From Asterias rubens (lineage: Eukaryota): a stretch of DNA of 64,000 nucleotides. The translations under genes and the position numbers were made by a program. The DNA lies in assembly GCF_902459465.1 (NCBI RefSeq), contig NC_047062.1, positions 28,954,001-29,018,000 of the forward strand, written 5' to 3'. The notes beneath the pieces are model-generated. The model was not told the DNA's origin and ran no database searches. It worked only from the letters and a program-made list of their open reading frames with translations. Shown here piece after piece: positions 24,207 through 49,400 of this stretch. Position 1 is the stretch's first letter. The number at the start of each line of letters is the position of its first letter.

Positions 24207-24486
24207 CTGGGCCAAATTTCATAGCGCGGCTTAGCGGCCGATTTTTTGCTTACGTGCGATTTCTATTTCATAGCACTGCTATCGTAAGCACATGAAAAGG
24301 CATGCTAACCTTCCGGTGCTTACCGCACGAAAATAAATGACGTCACAATGTAAATCTATGGTAAACACGCAATATGGCCTCCCAATTTTTCTGCTAACCT
24401 GTGAAATACACCCTTAAGCAAATTTTTCTGCTACAGTAAGCACGCAAATTTACTACCGTTAAGCAGCGCTATGAAATTGGGCCCTG
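24207..24486. mobile_element. Harbinger-type MITE family E
   Basis: CTG|GGCCAAATTTCAT...ATGAAATTGGGCC|CTG; inverted homolog at 49770-50002. Confidence 0.85.
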
Positions 24487-25609
24487 CTCTTAACGATCCA
24501 TATGCAGGGCTGACTTTTATGCAAATTGCTTTGGTGAATCTTTGACCAATCAAGTTGGTTGAAAGCTGAATCCAGACAAACAACTTTCATTCACACCGGC
24601 GCACCTGGGGAGGGGGCAGGGCTTGACCCCCCCCTTCTTACTTGTGGCACTGATTGAATGTATTTTGAGCCCGGGCTAGTTTTTTTTTAAGAGTATCACA
24701 AAAGAGGGGAAAATAAAGAAAACAACATGAAGGGGAAGGAAATAGAGCGAGGGGATAATATTGTCCACTATTTCTACTAGTCATTGTGAAATCTGTTGTT
24801 TAGCTTGGTAGGATTCGAACCCACATACACAAGAAAAAAACCCAGTAGTATTACTATTAGTCAAGACTAATTAAAAGCCATGATGAATGATGGATCAAAC
24901 TAAAATGCAACTAAATTTACTCCACAAAATCCATTTAACCATCCAATGACCTTTCGGGCTATGGCCTTTATGTCATATTGGAGGACATTATTTATCGTAT
25001 GATAATATAATTTGCTGAGAATTTTTAGGATGTCTTAGTGCGTCGCCGCACGCACAACAAGTGCCTACGTGCAGTTTTCCGAAGCCCAGTTTTAGACTTT
25101 ACTCAGGCATACACAGTATTCATACAAAGTGTCCAATAAGTTGGTCGACACTGGTTAAAGCATTTTTCCTCTTGCAACTCACTTTTTTATTCTTAGAAAA
25201 CATGTATAATATACAATTATTAAATCAACAAAAGTATTATTTTAATTGTTTATTTCGGTCGGCAATTGCAAGAAGGGAAATAGACCATTGAAAGGACTTG
25301 CTCAAATTTAGCCGGTGTCACAGTTAAAAAACATAAACAGTGCATACAGTTTAGGTTGGTCTAATTTCACGTTGTGTATGTAGGCTTCATCCAGGGTCTA
25401 GGTTTGGCTGATGTGAACAGATGTATGCCCATCCACTGTGACAAGCGTGTGTAGCACCATATGCATTACCACTTTTCATTCGATGGTCCATCGTTCTCAT
25501 CAAAATTTCACTAAAACTGTGTAGTGGTGGTGGTCAGCTGGCTGGAACATCAATTGTGAATTGCATGCTGCATTCAATTTCAATCCAAGTTCCTATACGA
25601 ATACGGTGG

Positions 25610-25672
25610 TTATATTTTGTCAGCTGCCGCAACCTCGGATCGCCTGGTCAAGTTTCATTTGTTAGCTAGTGT
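25610..25672 (+). other. Candidate non-coding first exon of LDH
   Basis: Short GC-richer segment ending in |GTGAGT at 25673, upstream of the 28059 acceptor. Only motif-level support. Confidence 0.3.
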
Positions 25673-25723
25673 GTGAGTATTTATATGTGATTAACTTAAT
25701 GTCTTTAATGACGAATCATGATG

Positions 25724-26105
25724 TTAAAGCCATTATCCACTTTCGGTACAGAAACAAAAAAGTTCACAGATTTACAAATAACTTACACTTTACAGGGTTT
25801 ACAGAAGGTAATGGTGAAAATGAAAGACTTCCCTTGAAATATTGTTCCATGAAATGCTTTACTTTTTGAGAAAACATTAAAACAATATCAATTCTCGATA
25901 GCGAGAATTACGAAATTATTTTGAACACATGTCATGACACGAGGAAACGTGCGAAAACAAGGGTGGGTTTTCCCGTTATTTTCTCCCGACTCCGATGACC
26001 GATTGAGCCTAAATTTCACTGGTTTGTTATTTTATATAGAAGTTGTGGTACACGAAGTGTGGGCCTTGGACAATACTGTTTACTGAAAGTGTCCAACGGC
26101 TTTAA
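25724..26105. mobile_element. Kolobok/T2-type MITE, family D
   Basis: TTAA|AGCCATTATCCACTTTC...GAAAGTGTCCAACGGCT|TTAA. Confidence 0.8.
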
Positions 26106-26949
26106 CATAGATTGCCACAACAATTTACTGAATAGGTAACAACAGGTGGCAATATTACCACGTGACTTTATCACGGTTGAATAGTTCGCTCCCATCCATA
26201 GAGCTGAGCTATAAGGCTCCCCCATGAGGAGCCGGTGCCTTATAGTTTCTAAAAGAAGGTCCCGTGCCGTGCCCCTTTTAATAAGGGAATCAATGTGTGG
26301 TGAAGAGGTTTTCAACTGTGGCTTAAACCCGCCGAGGCTTGGTTCTTGATAATTTTACCGAGACGAAGTCGTTGCTCTCGACCAATAGGAATGAAGAAAA
26401 GTCTGTCATATAAGCACAGGTGCAAGCTCGCGTGTCACGCCCATGTTTCAACACTTTTTACTGGTGTTATATCATATGTTCAAACACCCCCACGTGATGC
26501 CCTTTCGACCATCAGAATGGATCCGATTTGTCTTAGGCATTTATGAATGATGTTCTCATTCAACCAACATTAGTTCTTCAATTGTGCGGTCTGCGCTCCC
26601 ATCAACATTGACCGGGGGACGAGGGACAGAATGTTTATTGGCAGGGGGGAGGGCACAGGGAGTTTGTTATTGTCATGTTCCGAATGGGTGGCCCAAGCCT
26701 TTTAGCCAGTATTTTAGTGCTTAGGCTAGGTTTAGTTTGCATTTAAATCTGAATCCAAATTATACAGTCGGCAAATCATCATATGAAAAATCGCAAGCGT
26801 GTGGGAGGATTCTCCCCATAGATATTTTAGGGTAAACATAGTTTTCCCTAAATTGCAGAGTGCGAAAGTTGGGTGCCATCAATGACTAGAGGTGGGAAAC
26901 AGATCAAGTCTCTGATTGTTCTTTGAAACTGTTATTCATAAATACCCCA

Positions 26950-27470
26950 GACAGTTTCTCTACTCCTATTGGTGGAGAGCGCGTCACTTGGGGATGTTTA
27001 AATGGTTGATAATGACCAGTTTTTATGACCGGCTGGCTTCCGCGTGTCAGGCGCACAAGATTATCACGCGGAACGCAATTCATAGCTATTAGTTACAGAA
27101 AGTAATCTATTTCTAAGCGCCCGCGCGTAATCTTGTATGCGCGCGCGCATACACACAACCCACGCGCAACAGACTTTTCACAAAGTTTTTGAAAGAAATT
27201 TTTCAAACCTCAAATTTTCAATTGTCAAAGTGTCTGTAATTATTTTGTTTTTATTGACATTTAAAACAAAAAAAAGGCATTTATGAATGGGAATAAAAAA
27301 GAGTAGTGACTCGTTCTCAAACGTCCGTTTAAAACCTTGCAGGGTCGTTGCCGTGCGCTAAAGGCCCTCAGCCCTCGCCTTCGGCTAGGGCCTTTATCAC
27401 ACAGCAATTTGACCCTGCCAGCTTTAAATGGCCGTGTAAGAACTGGTCGCTACCCTTTTATTCCCTTATT
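26950..27470. mobile_element. Unclassified CpG-rich interspersed element with a CTTCGG hairpin
   Basis: AGGCCCTCAGCCCTCGCCTTCGGCTAGGGCCT stem-loop; CpG-rich body unlike its flanks. Confidence 0.5.
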
Positions 27471-28078
27471 AAAAACTGTTAACAAAAAATACTAGTTCTG
27501 TAGGGCATCTGCACAAGTTGCACGTAGAACAATTACATTTTATTTTAGAAATCAGATATCATTCTACGATTCTGTCGAGAATTTTGTACATTATGATTAG
27601 TATGCTGACTTTTCGCCCAGTTTCCAATGTCAGCAATATGGGGACTCTATCTATTGGGAATGGATGCCTCACAAATTAGAATTCACCTTGGAACCCGTAT
27701 TTAAGGAAGGGAGTTAGAAGTTAACACAGTCTCCACCCAACCCAATCCCTATCCTTTTGAATTGGACTATGAATGACCTTCTCTGCATTGTAGTTTACAG
27801 TCAGTTTTGGGAAGGCAAGCCTATACAGTAGATCTATGTGTTACAAGGAAGTAATAGATGTTATCAGCTATGGCAAGATTTAGGAAGTACATGATGGCAT
27901 CATTGAGAACTCTGTGTACAGTATGCATTCTTTTTGCTAACCTACTGTTTTCACTTTGTGTTAGCACCTTGTATACCTTCCTGAGTTTTGTGCAACAAAA
28001 TCACAGGCATACTCTGGTGGGATTCTAACCCATGACAAAACTGTCTTTGTCCGTGGTAGATACCATTAAAAAGACAAG

Positions 28079-40981
<12,903 letters not shown>

Positions 40982-41138
40982 AGCCTAAGCCCTATGGAAA
41001 TGAAGTGAGAATTAATTAGGGTGGTTCATCTTATTTGAAGGTACAATACTGGTTGTTACTATCGGCCCTTTTTTAATCCAAGGATTCGGCCGGCTCCAGA
41101 TTCAGCTCAGGCTAGCTTGGCCCTGTGGATGCTTTGAC

Positions 41139-41361
41139 AATGGACCCTTCCCATGAAGTATGCTAATTACATTCATGCATGCATACAGACCCTGTTGGTT
41201 GGCAAACGCCATAGAGTTGTGCTCTAAGCAGACGCGCAATCGTGTCTGCGTGACGCACCCGTTACCCGTGTACAAAACACGCAATGTTCCCTCAATTTGC
41301 AAACCAAAACGTTAGTGCGCACGCGCTATGTGCAATTTACATATTTTATGGGAAGGGTCTA
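41139..41361. mobile_element. MITE in the presumed LDH 3' UTR
   Basis: IR GACCCTTCCCAT...ATGGGAAGGGTC. Confidence 0.7.
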
Positions 41362-41584
41362 TTGCGCGTTTTCCACAGGCTCAGGGTTTTAGACTAGAGG
41401 ACAGAGCTTGAAGCCAGAACCAAAGCCAAAGCCGTGGTTTCAAAATATTCTCAGTGCAAATCTACGGAATTATGAATCTGACGGTTGCTTTTAAGGTTTT
41501 TTAAATAAGAGATAGCCTTACATCACAGGTGGCTATTTCAAGAAGAGGCAACACTTCATCAAATTGGGCTATGACCCCTATCAA

Positions 41585-41850
41585 CACTGCCAGCAGGGGC
41601 ATGTTGTCACCTACTCCTGGGGCTGAAACAGGGTTACCCCCTTCACAGTCTATAAAGATGTATGCATGGGTATCATCTACTAGAAACCTGGTTGGTAGAG
41701 CAGAATGCTCTAGCTTCCCAACTTTTTACAAGGCAATTTTGGTTAAGTGCCTTGCTCAAGAGCGCAAGTATCATGACCGAGTTTCAAACCAACACTCTGC
41801 TGCTAACAACACCAGAGCTTGGGTCCCGTGAACGAAACTGCTCAGCCATG
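41585..41850 (-). mobile_element. tRNA-derived SINE
   Basis: Homolog of 14770-15022. Confidence 0.7.
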
Positions 41851-43248
41851 ACATTCAATACTGTAGTCATCAATATGAATTTCTGGTAAAGAAAACCTAG
41901 AATGTCTGAAAATTCCTTGAATGAATTTCAGTGCTCATAATCTTTCAGAATGCTTTTACATTATTTTTGATTTAAATATTAATAATAAAAAAAATGACTT
42001 TTGTGGACAGAGGAAAAATATTTCTCAGGGTAATTAACACCAGTATCAACTTCAAACTGAAAATGATTATTTAAATTTTTGATAATTACCTCTTTTGTAT
42101 TGTACCTTTAAGTATCTGGAGTGTTCCCAATTAATTTGGACGTCTTCTGTGATTGTGTGGGAAAAATAGTGGTGACCTATACAGAACTGTGTGTTGAGAG
42201 TTGCGACATTAAGGGACCAGTTTTCTTTGGTCATGTGGTTGCTGGAAGCCGTTTTGGCGGTCAAAATGTAGCATAGCCCAATAGTGTGCAGTCTAGTCTT
42301 GTGTCCTGTGTTGGCAAATGAGTTTTTTGACCGAAATATGGCTTCTGATTGCTAGGTGGGGTAGTTATCACAACCCTCTCAAATACACAGTTGTGGGCTT
42401 GATTTGGCGAAGAGTTAATATTGCTCTTGGGACGTGCACTCATCTTAATTGCCCATCAAAGTGTGTTGTCACACTTCAAATCATTGTGGCAATATTGTAC
42501 AACTCATCTTAAGATGAATCTCAGTGCTTTGTGAAATCGAGTCCAAGGCAGACGTAGTCACTCCATTTTTCTGATTGTGGTTTTAGTTATTTAAGAGCGA
42601 AAATGCGTATGCAAGTTATAGTAATGATCAGGGCCCAATTTCATAAAGCTGTTAAGCAGAAAACACTGCTTGACAAATTTCTTTGCTAAGCAAAAATTGA
42701 GCTGGGCCCCAGCCACAACAATGCAAACTAAATGTAATTTGGGCTGGTAACCTGATTCTGCTAAGCAGTACTATTCTGTATTTAGCAATTTTTTGTTATT
42801 ACAGGCTTTATGAAATTTGGTCCAGGTTATCACTGATGGCTTTCGGACTTATTCGTTACAGCACTAGGCCTATGTATTTCCTCATTACCCCCCCCCCCAT
42901 CTCAATTGACTGCCCCACCCCTTCCTTCTTTTACTACCTATTGATTGAATATGTCTTCAGGTAGAATGTTTAAAGTCTTTCAACAGGACTTAGGAGCAAT
43001 ATGATTGTGGTGCTTGTAGTTTGTGTTTTGAAGTAATAATATTTAAAACAATATATGTTTCTATTCGATTTGCCGTTCTTTTTTTGTGTGTTTAGCATGT
43101 CACCAAAAAAGTACTTTGAGAACTAGTATATGAATTGAAGTATCTTCCTTTTATTGATTAAAAAAAAATTATCAACAAATTCAGTGTGGTTTATTCACAC
43201 TATAAAGAATGTATCAGTTCTATTTTTAGTAAAATACATAGTAATTTT

Positions 43249-43254
43249 AATAAA
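43249..43254 (+). terminator. Candidate LDH polyadenylation signal
   Basis: AATAAA with upstream TGTA and downstream T/GT-rich sequence; an alternative AATAAA lies at 41984. Confidence 0.3.
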
Positions 43255-43649
43255 GTATAATACAACAATCAACATTTTTCAACTTGTGTAGCCATATATC
43301 ACAAAATCAAAGTTGTATCATGTATAATTAAAAAATATATAGAAAGTGTTGAATGTGTTCCACAGATGTCAGCTACCTTTTTGTCCTGTAGAGACAAGAG
43401 AGTAAAAACATTTCATCGTTGAATTTTACACAAATTGTCAGTATATCTCTAGGTTTAGATAGTTTCATCTTTGTAGACCAATCCATTGCTGATAACTAGA
43501 GATTTCCCTCCCTTACTTGGACACAGATAAGTCCAAAGTTTGTTTTCTTTACCATCGATTGATTATGTTGACGCAACAAGACGCAAGCCCGTCGCAAGTC
43601 AAATGCAAGCGTAGATAAGTCACAGCAAACAGTGGAACTCACAGGTACT

Positions 43650-43860
43650 TGGCTTGATTTCACAAAGAATTAGACTAGTCCTAACATAGGACTAGTCCTA
43701 ACATAGGACTTGTCCTAACTTAGGACTAGTCCTAACTTAGGACTAGTCCTAACTTAGGACTAGTCCTTAGGAGATATTAAAAATTTAGTTAGGACAAGTC
43801 ATCCTAAATCAACTCATCCTAAATTGAGATAAAACTTACCCTTTGAGAAATCCACACCAG
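43650..43860. mobile_element. Palindromic MITE with an expanded 17-nt internal array
   Basis: Five to six tandem TAGGACTAGTCCTAAC(T/A) units inside the family TIRs. Confidence 0.85.
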
Positions 43861-45106
43861 GACAGATTAAATTCACCTCAAATGGATTGGTCGACATAAT
43901 GTGTATTAGGAATAACTTTTTGATGTAAGCTCTTACACAGAGGAAACAAAGTTACCACCATTTCCTGCCAAGTTAGATCAAACTAAAGCATTTAGCAAAC
44001 TTATATTAGTTACGTAACTTTTTGTTATGTCAAGATAAATCTATTTAACCAATTGTCATTGCCAAAGTATTTGCATTATTTACCAAAGAATTTATTAGAG
44101 TATTGATGTTTCATAATTGTCAGGCAAACAGGAATTAGTGAGCTTATTCAGGGCCTGAAGTTTGGGGAAACATTTAAAAAATAAAATGCAGGCTTGTAGC
44201 TCAACATTTTTGCTAGATCAGAAAATTTTTCACAAGACCAGAATCAAAATGAGGAAAAAATATCCACAGTGTTATGACTAAACTGTTTTTCTATGAACAA
44301 CTTGAGTGCAACTTTCATTTACTGTTATTAAACTCAAAGTAACCATTTTATGATATTGTTTTATTATCCCTGCTAAAATTCAGGGGGGATAGCCTTAATT
44401 TAACAATCTTTTAATCCAATATAAATATTTTTTAAAGTTTTTGTTTATGGTTAATTATGTTTAACCCCGTTATTGGTTTTAAACAAAGGAAATATTTGTT
44501 TATTACAAATTAATGACAAACCCCTGGATGACAAAAGTGAAACTTTTTAAAGTTATTTTACTAATTATTGTCATTAAATGCACGGATCAGATGTGAAAGG
44601 TTTCAGCTTGTGTGTAAATGTTGCTTTGTAAACAAAAGAAAAAAAATTAAGGTTGTATTTATGGCATAGTTTATTTTTATAGTATCGCTTTGCATAGTTT
44701 TTAAAGCAGGGTAAGTTGAATTTTATTTGGTTGAAATATGTAGTTTTTTTGGCAGCAAATTTGTTTGTTAAAAATGACATTACTGGCTGGGAGTCAGTCA
44801 CCATGCAGCTACTGTTTTGCACTATTTTGTTTATGTGTTTTTGCTAAGTGTATCTGATTTTGCTAAATTAGTTTGAGTTTATTAAGCAGGTCTTTGATGT
44901 TTTACTCATTATTTTCTATCTAATTTGATTTTTTATTATTTATTACTAATATTTTTTACTCTTTTTCTAAATTCCTTCTGTTTGAATTTTGTTTCAAATT
45001 AACTGCAAATGGAAAGCATATTAAAATTAAGTTAATAATTATTACAGACTTTTATTAAATTGAACAGCATTTGCCTGTCTGTATAGTGCTAATTTGAGAT
45101 CGCTCT

Positions 45107-45108
<2 letters not shown>

Positions 45109-45152
<44 letters not shown>
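45109..45152. repeat. (GATT)n microsatellite
   Basis: About 11 uninterrupted units. Confidence 0.95.
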
Positions 45153-45153
<1 letters not shown>

Positions 45154-46273
45154 CTAATTAGATTTAAACAATAAATACTTTTGTACTGGTGATAGAAATA
45201 GAGTAAAAGCCAGTGATTTATGAAAACATAAAACCTGTCTGAGTTGGTGTATTTGCTTAATTGATTGATTTTCTGTATTTTATGTAATAACATTTTGCAG
45301 CTTTTGGTACGGTTTTAACTCCAATTGTAGGCAACTGGATGTTTGTTCATTTTTCTGGGAAAGTTTCCGACCCCTGCTACCACTCTTTCATCCGTTTTGA
45401 AATAAAATTCTATATCATTCACTCATGAGATATTCTTTTTTTTATAAAAGCGAGTTAAAAAGTGGTGTCATGATACGGAAACGTTTTCCGTTTTGTTTCC
45501 TAGTTGTGTTGAACATCTTTGGCGTGTAAAAGTTACTTAAGATTGTTCAAACTTGCACTCTTTCTAATAAGAAGATGATACCCATCTCATCCACCGACTA
45601 ATAGCACTCGAGAAAAACGGAAGGGCGCCCTCTTACTTCGCCACTCTCCCTGCAGTTAGTTGCAACAACGGATTGTCGTCTGCTATGAGTTTTTTGCACA
45701 TAGTTACTAGAAATAAAAGCCACAATTTTACAAGTGAATTTACAATATTATCAGAAAATACGAATGAAAAAAAGGATTTAAGTCTTTCCATTCAAAATAA
45801 TTATGACTAATTGTTTCTCAGGTTGTAATGTTCAAGAACTGGGGAAATTCTATAAAAATGAAAGCAAAACCCATCAGCAGAATGATCAAATTGAGAGAAT
45901 TATACTTAAAATGCTGCATTTCCAACTATTCAAATGAATAACCTAGGTACACCTTTACAACGAGCAAAGCTTTCAGATTTTATTTTCAACTAAAATATTA
46001 ATAAGCGTACATTTTAAATGGAAAAACGCGAGGGTCGCTTTTTGTATCGTTTGTCTTTTGTCCGTTGCTGTACCACGTGACACCAGGCTAGAAATCCCAT
46101 ACAATTTCAACGAAACCGTCCGTGTGGGTCGTCTGCACACAAAACGCGTGTGTTATTATATCTATCTGAGATGCATTTTACTGTGGAGATGCTATTGTCA
46201 ACAGTGTCGTGAGAGAATATTCTGTGATTTTTACCACCGAAATGTCTGTAATTACCATTTTGGTGAACCTGCA

Positions 46274-46320
46274 ATGGCGAACGTGAAGGTAGCTGTACGT
46301 GTGCGTCCACCCAGCAAAAA
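46274..46320 (+). CDS. STARD9: STARD9-like coding exon 1
   Basis: MANVKVAVRVRPPSK; donor AA|GTAAGT. Confidence 0.9.
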
Positions 46321-48846
46321 GTAAGTTGTATTTAGTGTGATAAATGGGTTGTGTTTTTGTAGTGAAAATGTCCGAGTAGCGGTTAGGTTTGTAAGCGTGT
46401 GTCGTGTGTTTGCTCGACCGACCGTGAACAGCCATTCCCAGCCGACTCATCCACAGTTCATACGCTACTCGCTCTCTGAGACATACAATGTATCTTTATA
46501 TGGCTTGTTTGTGTGGTTATTCGTTTGTGCTCTATGGTTACTGAAGTAGGCTGACAATTAATTTCTCTTTTTAATATGTTTGTGGTAAATAATGAATAGT
46601 TAGTATTTTGGTGGAAAGGGTTAATTAAAGTTGGTTGGGTGGTTGGGCCACCTCCACATAAACTAGTTTGCCTGGAGCGGTGTGTGCCAAGAAAATAAAC
46701 CTTTTGTGTGTACGCATGGGGAGGAAGGAACTAATAAAATAATAATATTTTCTTGGTGACAACAAACAACAGTGCAAAGGGCTCACCTAATTATCCGTAG
46801 AAAGACCAGTTGAAATTTGTGTGTGGTAAAAATATTTGTGTATGACCTCTTTCTCTAAAAAAAAAACCTTGATTATTTATATAGTTTGCAAAATCTGACA
46901 GTCCTGAAAAAATAGTTGCCGGCTCAACTATACAGACACAGATATTCATGGAGAATGTACAGATGGCCCCTAGACCAAGAATATAAAAAAGGGGAGTAAC
47001 GTGCCCCAGTAACTGGGTCTAGTTGACCTACTCAATTAGTTTGTAACATTTCAAGTTCAACTTGAAATCATTTCCAACGGGTGCTTGTCAAATGAGCACT
47101 TATTGGTTGAAGAACAAATTTGTGAGATTTCTCCTTTTTCTTGTAAACAATTACAGAGAGGTGGACGCAGGAGCTACCAGTATTGTTGATGTCAATGCAG
47201 ATGTCTTAAGCATTACAAACCTCAAGGTAAATATAAGGCCCTTCTCACCCTGACTTCATCATCTCCACTCCTTCCAAATAATTAATACTTGTATTGCTAA
47301 ATAAAAAATGAAATTGATAAGCGCTTGATATCTAAAAGGTCAAGACAATGGGACATACCCACGGCACGATTTTGAGGGAAGAATCGAAAAGTAAAACTTT
47401 TCTTGGACCAGGATACATGTATTGTGTGCAAGACCAGAATCAAAATTACACTGTTGATTTCAGCAAGCACTTGAAAAATAGAATCTAATTTCTTTGCCTT
47501 TTTCGGTCAAGCACTTTGATGTTCAACAGATTGTAAGATATTATCAGACTCAAAATCAACATTTAAAAAAAGAATGTTACTCTTTGAGAAAAACACTTGG
47601 ACCATTGGCTTACAGTGGTCCTGAGTTTACCGGCCCTATGCTAAAATTACAGGCCTCAAGTCACCAAAATCTTAAAATTTGTAACAAAGCATTTAAACAC
47701 AAATTGTGAATTTAATGTTTTCTGACAGTTTAGTCTTTTACTTTAAAATTGGTGTACCGTTTCCGCCTCAAATGACCTTCCTTTTTATTTGTTTGCTTTG
47801 TGCGCATACAAATATTTATGCAAAATATTAGCACATGTGTGGATGAGTAATTAATAACAACAAAATCAACATCAAAAGTTATTTATAAATTCAATTTATC
47901 TGGTTTATTGATAGCAGAACCTTTTAATGTCATGCATGCCTTGTGTGTACTTACTGTGTAAAATACTCTGCATCACTTATTGGTGATTGTTAGTACAGTG
48001 TCAAAGAATTTGACTTGTTGGCTTCACTTATTCCCAACAAAGAGAGTGGCCCACTCAGACTGTGACACAAGGCCAAATAAATAAATACAATGGTTCTCAT
48101 AATACATATTGAACGTATTGACACTACAGTGTACAGTATTTGAACAAAGCACATTGTCTAAAATATTGGGATTCCATGCCAATGTATGAAGTGTTCTTCT
48201 GCCTTAAAACATTAAATAATTATTTTGTAATGATTAACCATTAATAACGTAACAAAATAATAAAAACAACACTAGCTCTAATCATGGGTTCAAAGGGGGC
48301 CGCAGAGGTGTTGATTTGCCTAAAATTTTACAATTAAAACACACCAATTCCTGATACCAGGTAAAAAAAAAAAGTATCTTCTTGCTGTTGTCCAATTCTC
48401 CTAACTGTTTTGCCCAAATTTGGGAGGGCAGCTGCCGCCCCCCCTCCCTGATCGTAGTATAATTAGTATAATTAGTATAATTAGTAAGATATATTATACC
48501 TCTGTCCAAAAACGACTTTGGCAGCCACTACGTTTGTTATAAAATTGTTGATTTAACAAATGTTTCTAAATTCAGTTTGTAGAAAATGAGAATGGTAAAT
48601 AAAAACAATTCTTTCATAAAAGATTGGTTTAAATTATAAATGGAAACCAATCACAAAGAAAGGTCTTTGTATGGTTAGACTTAAAGCAGTAATAAAGAGA
48701 GGGTTGCTCTAAATTGTACGTATGGAAATTCTCAGATCCACAGCTCCGAGGGTGACAGAAACAGGGAGCGAGTCAAGAACTACTCGTTTGATCATTGCTA
48801 TAACTCGGTAGACAGACACTCAGATAACTATGCATCTCAGGAGCTG
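46274..48846 (+). CDS. STARD9: Kinesin-3 STARD9/KIF16A-like, first three coding exons (gene continues beyond right edge)
   Basis: Exons 46274-46320 (47 nt), 47157-47226 (70 nt) and 48736-48846 (111 nt) give MANVKVAVRVRPPSKKEVDAGATSIVDVNADVLSITNLKIHSSEGDRNRERVKNYSFDHCYNSVDRHSDNYASQEL. The MANVxVAVRVRP start and the exon breaks match vertebrate STARD9 as recalled. The P-loop exon (GQTGSGKT) was not found in the window. Confidence 0.85.
47157..47226 (+). CDS. STARD9: STARD9-like coding exon 2
   Basis: EVDAGATSIVDVNADVLSITNLK; ttacag| acceptor and AAG|GTAAAT donor. Confidence 0.9.
48736..48846 (+). CDS. STARD9: STARD9-like coding exon 3
   Basis: IHSSEGDRNRERVKNYSFDHCYNSVDRHSDNYASQEL; donor CTG|GTGAGT. 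Confidence 0.9.
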
Positions 48847-49354
48847 GTGAGTCATATTTTATATAGTACAGTGTTTTCCCTTTTGTCAGATTGATGCTTT
48901 ATGTGGTTCTATGTCCAATAAGTTGTAGGCAAACCTATTATACAAACCGTCAAGGAATCATTTACAGAGCTTTTAGTTTCTTGTATAAATTGTTATTGAT
49001 TACAAAGGCACTGTGCCTGTATCAAATTTGTAAAAGGTTAAGAAATTGGTTGGTTCAGTGCAATTAACATTGTTATACTGTACAAATAAGTCTTAAAATA
49101 GGATGGGAGTCAGATAATTATAAATCATTTAAAACCTTAATTGAAGGACATCTATAACCAACTTATCATATTTTGGGAGAGGAACTCTGCTTTGTTCATA
49201 GATGGCTTATTAAAAGTTATTTACTTTCTAGGCCTGCGATCAACCAGGCCCCAGGCACCAGTGTACAGTACACCATGAGAATGTGAACATCTTGTTTGCA
49301 TGCTATCATACATCTCTAAATAGCATAGCTAATTACTGGGATTTACCTTCTGAG

Positions 49355-49358
<4 letters not shown>

Positions 49359-49398
<40 letters not shown>
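49359..49398. repeat. G40 homopolymer
   Basis: 40 consecutive G. Confidence 0.95.

Positions 49399-49400
<2 letters not shown>

Noticed and set aside
46058-46273. In-frame upstream extension of the kinesin ORF from a TTG
   Set aside because: The family begins at MANV and the ATG has good context (GCAATGG); upstream sequence is best read as 5' UTR.
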